64,000 nucleotides of DNA. Source: Bacteriovoracia bacterium (lineage in GTDB: Bacteria; Bdellovibrionota; UBA1018; JBFWNL01). The stretch covers positions 416,001 through 480,000 of the forward strand of contig JBFWNL010000002.1 in the NCBI GenBank assembly GCA_050251055.1, given 5' to 3'. The notes under the pieces are model-generated. The model ran no database searches, was not told where the DNA came from, and saw only the letters and a program-made list of their open reading frames with translations. Positions within the stretch are counted from its first letter, which is position 1; the number at the start of each line of letters is the position of its first letter. This document shows positions 56,311 to 64,000 of this stretch, in pieces. The translations under genes and the position numbers were made by a program.

Positions 56311-57574
56311 TGCCCTTCGACAATTGCGGGCGAGCGCAGGCGAGCGCGCCGCTAACTTGGAGACGGAGACGCTGTCTTTGGCACCGGCCGTTGGCCGAGT
56401 TCTATCGCAAGCTATTCGGAGTTCGGAGTATTTACCTGCCTTCGACAACTCCGCCGTGGACGGATTCGCGGTGGTGGCCGCCGACCTGGCGCATGCTTCA
56501 CGATCCCAACCTGTCGAGCTGGCGGTGGCGGGCACGATCGCCGCGGGCGATCCGCCGCCCGCCCCGGATGCGAGGGACGAGACCGCGAGGAGGAGTCCGC
56601 CGTCCACCTTCGAAATCATGACGGGCGCGGCCTTGCCGGGGACGCCGTGGGATTCGGTCGTGAAGGTGGAAGAGGTCGAGCGAATCCACGATCCCGAGGG
56701 GCGCCTCGCACGCGTCCGCTTCGTCGGGCCGGTCACGCCAGGAGAGTTCGTGCGCCGACGGGGCACGGACATCACCCCGGACCAAGTAATCGGCCACGCC
56801 GGCACGCGCTTCACCCGTGCCCACGTTTTGGCCGCCGCGGCCCTCGGCATCCCCGCCGTCGAAGTGCGTCGACGTCCCGTGATCGCCTACTTGAGCACCG
56901 GGGCCGAGCTTGTACCCCACGATACGCCCTCCGGGGCACTGCGCGCCGGGGGAATCCGAAATTCCACGGCTCCTTACCTGGAGTCCGCGTTGCGCGCTTT
57001 AGGCGCGAAAGTGCTTCCGCTGGGCAGCTGCGGAGATGATCCGGCCGCATTCACCAAAATTCTGGCCGACGCGCTCGAAAACGGAGCCGACGCCATTCTC
57101 ACGACGGGTGCGGTCTCCATGGGAAAATTCGATTTCGTGCCCCAAGCTGCCGCGCAGCTCGGGTTCCAGCCCCGCTTTCACAAGGTAGCGATCCGTCCGG
57201 GGAAGCCTATTTTTTTCGCGGAACGCGGGAAGACCGTTTTGTTCGGGGTTCCGGGCAATCCCGTTTCCACGGCGGTGGCGCTGAGATTCTTCGTGGAACC
57301 TTACTTGCGCGCGCTGCAAGGGCTCGCGGCCGAAACACCCCGTACCTTGAAATTGATCGAACCGACATCGAAACCCGAGGGACTGCGCTGTTTTTTGAAG
57401 GCGGAGACCGCGGGAATCGATCACGCGCAGGCGCGGGTACTTTCTGGCCAAGCGTCGTTTCAAGTGGAGTCGCTGCTGCGAGCTAACGTCTGGGTCGAGT
57501 TGCCGGAAGCGGGCGCGGAGTTCCCGCCCGGCACCGCCGTTTCCGTTTGGCCGCTCGAGTTAGGGGATCGGTAG
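56294..57574 (+). CDS. moeA: molybdopterin molybdotransferase
   Basis: PAFDNSAVDGFA, IMTGA, STGAEL, GAVSMGKFD, IRPGKP, PGNP. Confidence 0.95.
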   Translation: MIQYIDALRQLRASAGERAANLETETLSLAPAVGRVLSQAIRSSEYLPAFDNSAVDGFAVVAADLAHASRSQPVELAVAGTIAAGDPPPAPDARDETARRSPPSTFEIMTGAALPGTPWDSVVKVEEVERIHDPEGRLARVRFVGPVTPGEFVRRRGTDITPDQVIGHAGTRFTRAHVLAAAALGIPAVEVRRRPVIAYLSTGAELVPHDTPSGALRAGGIRNSTAPYLESALRALGAKVLPLGSCGDDPAAFTKILADALENGADAILTTGAVSMGKFDFVPQAAAQLGFQPRFHKVAIRPGKPIFFAERGKTVLFGVPGNPVSTAVALRFFVEPYLRALQGLAAETPRTLKLIEPTSKPEGLRCFLKAETAGIDHAQARVLSGQASFQVESLLRANVWVELPEAGAEFPPGTAVSVWPLELGDR

Positions 57575-57583
57575 GGAGAGCGC

Positions 57584-57859
57584 ATGGAAATTGAAATCCG
57601 TTTGTTTGGTGCATTTCGAAACTTTTCCCCTGGCACGGACCGGGTGCGCGTGACGGTTCCGGCGGGAGCGGGATCCCAGGAACTACGGTCGGCCCTCTTA
57701 GCGGCGTTGCCCGGGGAACCCGCACGCGAGCACCTGCGAGATTTGATTGCGGATTCCGCTTTCGCCAACGAGAGCGACTTGTTGCCGCCGGATTTTCGGG
57801 TTTCCGAAACCTCGGCGTGGAAACAGCTAGCGGTGTTGCCGCCGGTGTGCGGAGGATAG
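57584..57859 (+). CDS. moaD: molybdopterin synthase sulfur carrier
   Basis: ubiquitin-like, ends LPPVCGG. Confidence 0.9.
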   Translation: MEIEIRLFGAFRNFSPGTDRVRVTVPAGAGSQELRSALLAALPGEPAREHLRDLIADSAFANESDLLPPDFRVSETSAWKQLAVLPPVCGG

Positions 57860-57868
57860 GCGCAGAAT

Positions 57869-58327
57869 ATGGCTTCTCCCATCGCTGTCCGTATCCAAAC
57901 CCACGCGATTGAAACGCGCGATCCCTTCGACGACGAGGGGGGCGACTTTGCCTGCGGAGCCGAAGTGCTTTTCTACGGCCGGGTCCGGGCGCACAACCAC
58001 GGTCGACGGGTGACCGGCGTTTCTTATGACGCCTTCGTGCCACTGGGAGAAAAGATTTTAGCGCGACTTTGCCTCGAAGCGCAGGCCAAGTTCGATCCCC
58101 GACTCCAGGCTCGCATTTGGCATCGAGTGGGGCGCGTGGCTCCGGGCGACATTAGCGTCCTCATCGCCGTACGCACCCCGCACCGGGCGGAGGCTTACGC
58201 CGCCTCTCGATTCCTCATCGAAGAAATCAAGCACCAGGTGCCGATTTGGAAGCAAGAGCACTACGAGGACGGGGATAGCGAGTGGCTGCAAGGCCATGCC
58301 TTGTGCACCCGGGAGGCGACGCCATGA
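57869..58327 (+). CDS. moaE: molybdopterin synthase catalytic subunit
   Basis: F.GRVR, HRVG, HRAEA, IK..VPIWK.E. Confidence 0.93.
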   Translation: MASPIAVRIQTHAIETRDPFDDEGGDFACGAEVLFYGRVRAHNHGRRVTGVSYDAFVPLGEKILARLCLEAQAKFDPRLQARIWHRVGRVAPGDISVLIAVRTPHRAEAYAASRFLIEEIKHQVPIWKQEHYEDGDSEWLQGHALCTREATP

Positions 58328-59442
58328 AGGAAGGCGAAGCTTGCCCGGCCGCCGATGGTACGCGTAGCGCGCGCCAAATCACCTTGCCCGAGGTCGGCGA
58401 AGAAGGCCAAGCGCTGATTGCGGGCGCGCGAATCGTCTGCGTCGGAGCCGGCGGTTTGGGGAGCGCCGCGCTTCCTTATCTCGCTTCCGCGGGCGTAGGA
58501 AAAATCACGGTAGTCGACGGCGACCGGGTCAGTGAATCGAACCTTCCCCGGCAAACACTTTACCGCTTCCGTGATGTCGGATGCGAGAAGGCCACTCGTG
58601 CGCAGGCGAGGTTGATGGACCTGAATCCGGAAATCCAGGTATCGGCGATCGCCGCTTACCTCACCGCGGAAAACGCATCAAAAATTCTGGCGGGACACGA
58701 CCTGGTTTTGGACGGCACCGACCAGTTCGCCGCTAAGTTCCTCATCAACGATGCGGCCGCAAAGTTAAAGTTGCCGGTCGTTTACGCCGCAGTCACGGGA
58801 TGGGGGGGCCAGGTCGCGGTGTGGGACGCGCAGCAAGGGTCCTGCTACCGCTGTTACCAGCCCGAAGCTCCGCGAAACTTCGTACCGAATTGCGCGCAAG
58901 CCGGGGTCTCGGGTCCCGTAGCGGGAGTGCTGGGACTGCACCAAGCCCAGCTGGCCTTGGAGCTCATTTTGGAGAAAAAGACATCTACCCCTCGGGTTCG
59001 CTGCGAGCGCGGCACGCTCTGGACGGTGGATTTCGCCCCCATTCAAGTCCACGGATTTAAAGTCTCCCGGCGCATGGACTGCCCGACCTGCTCGCGCGGG
59101 GATGCAAGCATCGAAGCGGGCTTGCCAGACGAATCCGGGGAGATCGATCCCCAGTGGCTCGCCGATCGCGATCGTTTCTCGGAGTACCAGCTCATCGATC
59201 TTCGGGAGACGGCGGAACTCGCGGCGGGAATTCTGCCGGGCGCGCGGCATTGGCCGTGGTCACAATTAAAAACCGGAGCGACTCCCCCCTGGCCGATCCG
59301 ACCCGAGCGGGTGATTCTTTACTGCCAGACGGGCGTGCGCTCGGAAGCCGCACGGGCCATGCTTTCCCGCGCCTTCAGCGCCCCGATCCGGCACCTGCGA
59401 GGGGGGATCGCGCGCTGGCCAGGCCCGCTCGTTCGGGGCTAA
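58324..59442 (+). CDS. moeB: MoeB/ThiF adenylyltransferase with C-terminal rhodanese domain
   Basis: GAGGLGS, SNLPRQ, CYRC, NC, CPTC; rhodanese IDLRE...YCQTGVRS. Confidence 0.92.
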   Translation: MKEGEACPAADGTRSARQITLPEVGEEGQALIAGARIVCVGAGGLGSAALPYLASAGVGKITVVDGDRVSESNLPRQTLYRFRDVGCEKATRAQARLMDLNPEIQVSAIAAYLTAENASKILAGHDLVLDGTDQFAAKFLINDAAAKLKLPVVYAAVTGWGGQVAVWDAQQGSCYRCYQPEAPRNFVPNCAQAGVSGPVAGVLGLHQAQLALELILEKKTSTPRVRCERGTLWTVDFAPIQVHGFKVSRRMDCPTCSRGDASIEAGLPDESGEIDPQWLADRDRFSEYQLIDLRETAELAAGILPGARHWPWSQLKTGATPPWPIRPERVILYCQTGVRSEAARAMLSRAFSAPIRHLRGGIARWPGPLVRG

Positions 59443-60095
59443 GCCGCCACGCGATTGCGCCCTTTTTTCTTAGCGACGTACAGCTTTTCATCCGCCAGCT
59501 TCAGGAGACGAGTGGCGTCGTAACGTTCACTAGGGGCACCGGGGATACTCCCCGTCGACGCCATGCCCACGCTCAGCGTGCACTTCCACGCAACTCTGCT
59601 CGAAGGTTTACCGTCCCGCTCGATCACGGGGCCATGCAACTTTTCGCAACCACGACGGATCATCTCCGCTTTTCCCACGATTTCCGGGTCCGTACCCCGG
59701 ATGGCCACGGCGAACTCTTCGCCCCCATAACGTCCACTGATGCAGTCGGGGGATTCAAACTGCTTGAGCAACTCTCCTACTCGCTTCAGAACCTCGTCTC
59801 CGGTCTGGTGTCCATGAGTGTCGTTCACCTGCTTGAAGTGATCGATGTCGATCATCAGAACCCCACAGTTCTGATTCACGCTCTCGCACTCTTTCAAAAC
59901 TTCGTTCCACTTCGCAAAGAAGGAGCCTCTCCGCAGCAACCCGGTCAGCTCGTCAACGCCTTGGGCTCCTTCTAGTTTCCGGAGGACGAGGAGTATCTGG
60001 TGATAACTCGACTCAAGGGCAGTGATTTCACCGTGGAGGTGTGAGAGGAGGTGGCGAATACCCTCAAGCCTCGTCTCCAGATACTCCTGGTCCAT
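59439..60095 (-). CDS. diguanylate cyclase (GGDEF domain)
   Basis: DELTGL, DIDHFKQVNDTHGH..GD, RYGGEEF, AK..GRN; N-terminal coiled coil. Confidence 0.93.
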   Translation of the reverse strand: MDQEYLETRLEGIRHLLSHLHGEITALESSYHQILLVLRKLEGAQGVDELTGLLRRGSFFAKWNEVLKECESVNQNCGVLMIDIDHFKQVNDTHGHQTGDEVLKRVGELLKQFESPDCISGRYGGEEFAVAIRGTDPEIVGKAEMIRRGCEKLHGPVIERDGKPSSRVAWKCTLSVGMASTGSIPGAPSERYDATRLLKLADEKLYVAKKKGRNRVAA

Positions 60096-60151
60096 GTCGT
60101 CCTCCGTTAGCTCGCTCGGCCCAATTGCCCAGCCAGCGAACTCCTACTAGA

Positions 60152-60166
60152 GCACGGCCGGTGCCA
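60152..60166 (-). promoter_or_regulatory. sigma54 -24/-12 promoter
   Basis: minus strand TGGCACCGGCCGTGC (GG-N10-GC) upstream of the GGDEF gene. Confidence 0.55.
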
Positions 60167-60264
60167 GACGAATGACGTGGATTTCACGAGGTTTTCGCGG
60201 GATTGGTGTCAGCGCTCGCTGGGGTCGGGGCCGACACAGTGAGGTGGGATAGCCCTAAGCGGGG

Positions 60265-61365
60265 CTAGCGGACGTTAGTCATCCAGCGTCCCATGGCGAT
60301 GCGGGAGAGGCCGGCCATCTCCCGGCGGGAGACCAACGTCAGGGATCCGTTTGAGGAGTCGACCCGGTAGGTGTAGAGCACCGGTGTTTCCGTGCTGTAT
60401 GTCCGTACGCTGTAAAGAAAGCGGCCTTCGGCGTCGATGACCGTGGAATTGGTGGTGCCGTAGCCGGTGCTAATCCGCAAGTCCTGGCGCTCGGTCAAAG
60501 AGCTCCCATCGAATTCTAAGACTTTCATCTGATCTCCAAAACCGAGATAGATGAAGCGACCGTTAGGCGTCACCGCCGCGTTTCGGATGGATGCGACATA
60601 GTCAGTGGAGCCCAGGAAAGCCACTTGAGAAAAACGGGCTTCAGAATCGATCGCATAGACTCGCATCCCCGCGGTCAACGATCCCACGTAGAGATAAGTC
60701 TGAGAAGCGTTCATCGCGAGCCAATGCGTCGCGAAACTTTCCTCTTGCACCAAACTAAAGGTTCCGTCGTCGTAGTAGTGATAGGAGCGCAGGTTCACCG
60801 AGCTGCCCGAAAAAATATCGTTGGAGGTTTCTCGAAACGCGAGCGCGTGGGGGATATCCGCGAAGACGACGGGCGTGCCTCTTTGCGTGAGACTGCCGTT
60901 GGTACCCACGTCGTAGGCGCCGAAACCCCTATTCATCCCGCTCTGGTAGCCCAGAAACACGATCTCGACGGTGGGGTGAAAGGCGAGAGGACTAAACAGG
61001 GAAGCCGATACATCGAAAGCGGCCGCGGGTCGGGCCGTGAAATCGGCGCTCGTGCTGAGATCTAGATACTGAACTCGCTTGGTCTCCGCCGAAGTCGTAG
61101 CCCCGTAAATCACTAAATGCGAGTAAGCGGGATGCAGGTACACGTTGTAAAAGAACTCCAAGTTCTGAAACCCCAGCAGCGTGGAAATATCGCCCGTGTC
61201 GCGATCAAGCTGGTAAGTTTCCGCCCGGTATTGGCTACCATCCGTTAAGAACGCGTACAACGTCGTGTGCGCCTGCACGGCCCGACGAAATCCGGCCGAA
61301 CACGCGGTGCCCCCGATCCCCAGACAGACCGCGAGTATTCCGGCGATGCGCACGCTTCGATACAT
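60265..61365 (-). CDS. lactonase-family beta-propeller lipoprotein
   Basis: lipobox GTAC; blades such as TPNGRFIY, EGRFLY, VDSSNGSLT. Confidence 0.8.
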   Translation of the reverse strand: MYRSVRIAGILAVCLGIGGTACSAGFRRAVQAHTTLYAFLTDGSQYRAETYQLDRDTGDISTLLGFQNLEFFYNVYLHPAYSHLVIYGATTSAETKRVQYLDLSTSADFTARPAAAFDVSASLFSPLAFHPTVEIVFLGYQSGMNRGFGAYDVGTNGSLTQRGTPVVFADIPHALAFRETSNDIFSGSSVNLRSYHYYDDGTFSLVQEESFATHWLAMNASQTYLYVGSLTAGMRVYAIDSEARFSQVAFLGSTDYVASIRNAAVTPNGRFIYLGFGDQMKVLEFDGSSLTERQDLRISTGYGTTNSTVIDAEGRFLYSVRTYSTETPVLYTYRVDSSNGSLTLVSRREMAGLSRIAMGRWMTNVR

Positions 61366-61474
61366 CCGTAAATAGTAGCGTGGCCCACCTCGTAAATCCA
61401 ACCGTCAATGGATTGTCGGCGGAAAACCGAGACCACGGAATGCGTTTGGATAGTACAATGTCCTCGGAGGCCGA

Positions 61475-62701
61475 TTGTCTTCAATCCTCAAACCGTTCTT
61501 CGCCCTGAGTCTGACCTTGGCCGCCCTGGCTTGCGCGACGCCGATCGACCGCCGCCCGTCCGACGACCCGCCGGCGCGACCACCCCGCTTCCGCCCGGAA
61601 GATACGATCGCGCGCCTTCAAAAGGCTGGCACCCTGCGTGTAGCCGCGACGGCAGAAAAACTGGCCACATCGATCGAACTACCGGCCGGCACCCGCGTCG
61701 TGCGCCTCAATCCCGAAGGGGAAGTCCTCCTTCGCTGGAACGGTCAAATCCTCCACGGCCGGATCCCTCCCGACATTTTGGGCGGCTGGTCTTGGCCCGC
61801 TCACGTGCCCCCTGACTGGGAGATATTCCGGCAGGAGGCCGAACTTCATCTTTACGTGCTCACCCTCGAAACGCGGGCATTCGCCAAGATGACGGAAAAA
61901 ATTCGATCCCGCTTAGCGAAGCAGAACGCGCGGCCGCGGGAGGCGGCTCAGGCCGCGTGGCTCCAGGCGCTGGAGCGGGTGAGGGCGCGGATCGCTAGCT
62001 CTGATCTCGATAAGCCCGGGAGCCTGGAAAAAGCGCAGACGGAAATCGGCAGCGCCCTGGGCCTAGACCTGGCGAGCGCGATCCTCGCCGTACCCATCTC
62101 CGAGTTTTGGCTCCTCACCCAACCCTCGCTGGGCGAAGCCCTGAAACGAGGCGAGTTCGATCCGCTGCGCTCCCACCTGCGGGGGAACTCCGGAGAAGGG
62201 GTTTCGACCCCAGCGGATCGGGCCGTGATTTTCCAGCAGCTTCTGCGGATACAGCGCCTAACTGAAGGCACGGCCGACGAGGGGGCAACTCCCGAGAGCA
62301 TTTGGTTGCAAAGCTCGAACGCCGCGGATCGATCTAAAATCAAATCGATCGTGTTCATCCACGACGGGAGCTGGGAGCGCCACTCCGCCCCCCTTGCCCC
62401 GCGCATGTGGGCCGACTTCATCCCGATCGATGCCGCCTTAGGCGCGCTTTCTGCCGATCCGATTTTTTCGATTCTCTTACATGAAATGAACGTAAATTCC
62501 TCCGATCCGCAGGTCTTGCCCCAGGACTCGCACGGCTCGGCGGACTACGGACAAGCCGTGTGGGAATCCTCCCGGGAGGATTTAGACAAAGCCTTGGCCA
62601 AGCCCGAGGATCGACGCACCCTCTTCCAAATCAGGCCCGAGCTGAGCCTCGTTTACGTCGCGATGATCCTGCAGGAAATGGAAAACACGGAGCGCCGCTA
62701 A
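61475..62701 (+). CDS. hypothetical lipoprotein
   Basis: GGAGG RBS, TTG start, lipobox ALAC. Confidence 0.7.
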   Translation: MSSILKPFFALSLTLAALACATPIDRRPSDDPPARPPRFRPEDTIARLQKAGTLRVAATAEKLATSIELPAGTRVVRLNPEGEVLLRWNGQILHGRIPPDILGGWSWPAHVPPDWEIFRQEAELHLYVLTLETRAFAKMTEKIRSRLAKQNARPREAAQAAWLQALERVRARIASSDLDKPGSLEKAQTEIGSALGLDLASAILAVPISEFWLLTQPSLGEALKRGEFDPLRSHLRGNSGEGVSTPADRAVIFQQLLRIQRLTEGTADEGATPESIWLQSSNAADRSKIKSIVFIHDGSWERHSAPLAPRMWADFIPIDAALGALSADPIFSILLHEMNVNSSDPQVLPQDSHGSADYGQAVWESSREDLDKALAKPEDRRTLFQIRPELSLVYVAMILQEMENTERR

Positions 62702-62705
62702 GCGA

Positions 62706-63422
62706 ATGAACCGTCGCAGCCTCATCGTCCTGACGATCCTCGGTGTCACCTACGCCGCGATCATTTCCTGGCGGCCCGACCTTCTGGATCCCGAGCCGGA
62801 AATGGACTGGCTGCTCGGCGCGATCTGGCTCGGTCTGACGCTGGCTTGTATCTATCGCGTGGAATGGCGGAATTTCACTAAGCTCCTGGTAGCGGGATTC
62901 CTGGGCGGCGCCCTGATCGAATGGTGGGGAACGACCAATCAGATCTGGGACTACTACACGCACGAAAAACCCCCGCTCTGGATCATTCCCTGCTGGCCGG
63001 TTTCGGCGCTTGCTTTCGATCGGATGCTCGCCTTTTTCGATCCCGGCGAAGCACGCATGCGGAAGATCGAAAAACTCTATTGGCTTTGCGTTCCCGGCTA
63101 CGCGCTTTACATGACGGGATTTGCCTGGCCCTTTCGCCACGCCATTTCTACCTGGGGCATGTTCGCCATTCTTTATTCGGTGGCGTTTCTCAAACCCCGC
63201 CCGGCCCACGACCTGGGGGTTTTCCTCATTGGGTCGCTCTATGGTTGGGTGATGGAGTACTGGGGAACGTCGAACTACATCTGGACTTACTACACTTACG
63301 AGACGCCGCCCGCCGCGGCCGCCATGGCCCATGGCTTCGCCGCGGTCTTCTTCGCCCGCGTGGTGCGAGTCTTTGAATGGCTAGTTATCTATTTGAAATC
63401 AAAGCAGAAACAAATAAATTGA
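62706..63422 (+). CDS. multi-pass membrane protein with internal duplication
   Basis: EWWGTTNQIWDYYTHEKPP and EYWGTSNYIWTYYTYETPP. Confidence 0.8.
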   Translation: MNRRSLIVLTILGVTYAAIISWRPDLLDPEPEMDWLLGAIWLGLTLACIYRVEWRNFTKLLVAGFLGGALIEWWGTTNQIWDYYTHEKPPLWIIPCWPVSALAFDRMLAFFDPGEARMRKIEKLYWLCVPGYALYMTGFAWPFRHAISTWGMFAILYSVAFLKPRPAHDLGVFLIGSLYGWVMEYWGTSNYIWTYYTYETPPAAAAMAHGFAAVFFARVVRVFEWLVIYLKSKQKQIN

Positions 63423-63508
63423 TCAATTCAGTCCGATTATGCTCTAATTAAAGAACGGGTAAAAAGGGAAGGTCAGAACGCGGCCCGGCCGCAAAAGCAT
63501 GAGGGTTT

Positions 63509-63583
63509 ATGCTGACTTTCCTGATCGTGCTCGGACTCACCACCGGTAGTTTTCTCCTCTATCTATTGGACGCGCCCGCTTAA
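63509..63583 (+). CDS. possible 24-aa membrane peptide
   Basis: GAGGG RBS; MLTFLIVLGLTTGSFLLYLLDAPA. Confidence 0.35.
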   Translation: MLTFLIVLGLTTGSFLLYLLDAPA

Positions 63584-63593
63584 GCGGAAACCC

Positions 63594-64000
63594 ATGTACA
63601 ATCGGGCCATGCTTTTACCGGCCCAATCCCGAGAAGGAATTCCTTGGCGCGAATACGCCTGGCCGGCCCTGCTCATCGCCATTCCTCTCTCGCTCGTTCT
63701 GGAGATTAGCCTTAAACTCTACGGCCTGACGTTGCGACGAGCCCCGACTCCGGCGGCGAACGTGCCTCGAAACGCCATCGTTTTTCTCTTTCACGGCGAC
63801 ATTTACTGCAGCGTCTTTCAAGATTACGGTGCCCGTGAGTTCGGCGTCGGCACTTTCTTAGGCGCGCACTCCTTCCTCTCTTACGTCTGGATATGGCGCA
63901 CCTATTGGATGGGCTACGGAGTTCTGCGATACGACCGACGCCGACAGACCGCGAAGCTAATTCCTTGGATTGTCGACTATATGAATCGGCACGCATCCTT
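63594..64000 (+). CDS. partial CDS, membrane-associated (possibly DUF374/acyltransferase-like), truncated by the window end
   Basis: frame open from ATG 63594 to the window end; hydrophobic helix then NAIVFLFHGD. Confidence 0.5.
   Translation, partial: MYNRAMLLPAQSREGIPWREYAWPALLIAIPLSLVLEISLKLYGLTLRRAPTPAANVPRNAIVFLFHGDIYCSVFQDYGAREFGVGTFLGAHSFLSYVWIWRTYWMGYGVLRYDRRRQTAKLIPWIVDYMNRHAS

Overview
GC-rich (roughly 60% by eye) bacterial chromosomal segment, most consistent with a Bdellovibrionota/Oligoflexia-like organism. That assignment is inferred from two TIGR02147/DUF4423 genes, an S74 fibre protein, a Tad-like minor pilin and many orphan exported proteins. Core blocks: accA-yicC-gmk-relA/spoT-folE; lipA-E2-lpdA-lipB; recQ-pepE; radD; lysC-EamA-RDD; fabI-add; tRNA-Pro(TGG); a molybdopterin operon (moaA-moaCB-MOT1-moeA-moaD-moaE-moeB/rhodanese). 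No CRISPR array, integrase, transposase, rRNA or prophage was seen. Most notable signals: (1) two TIGR02147 regulators, each translationally coupled to an exported protein carrying 'IGN' just after its signal peptide. Around one of them, an 11-bp-period direct-repeat motif recurs upstream of three neighbouring genes, including a prepilin-tail-fibre-S74 fusion. (2) A sigma54-driven CU-rich sRNA candidate, plus a sibling with an identical 18-mer in the 3'UTR of a neighbouring sigma54 gene, separated by a 39-bp perfect inverted-repeat element. (3) A C-rich-loop sRNA candidate after add. (4) Exported PIN-like, kinase-like and pseudo-trypsin proteins, and a tandem triplet of uncharacterised two-cysteine paralogs. 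All calls come from manual motif reading; no database searches were run.
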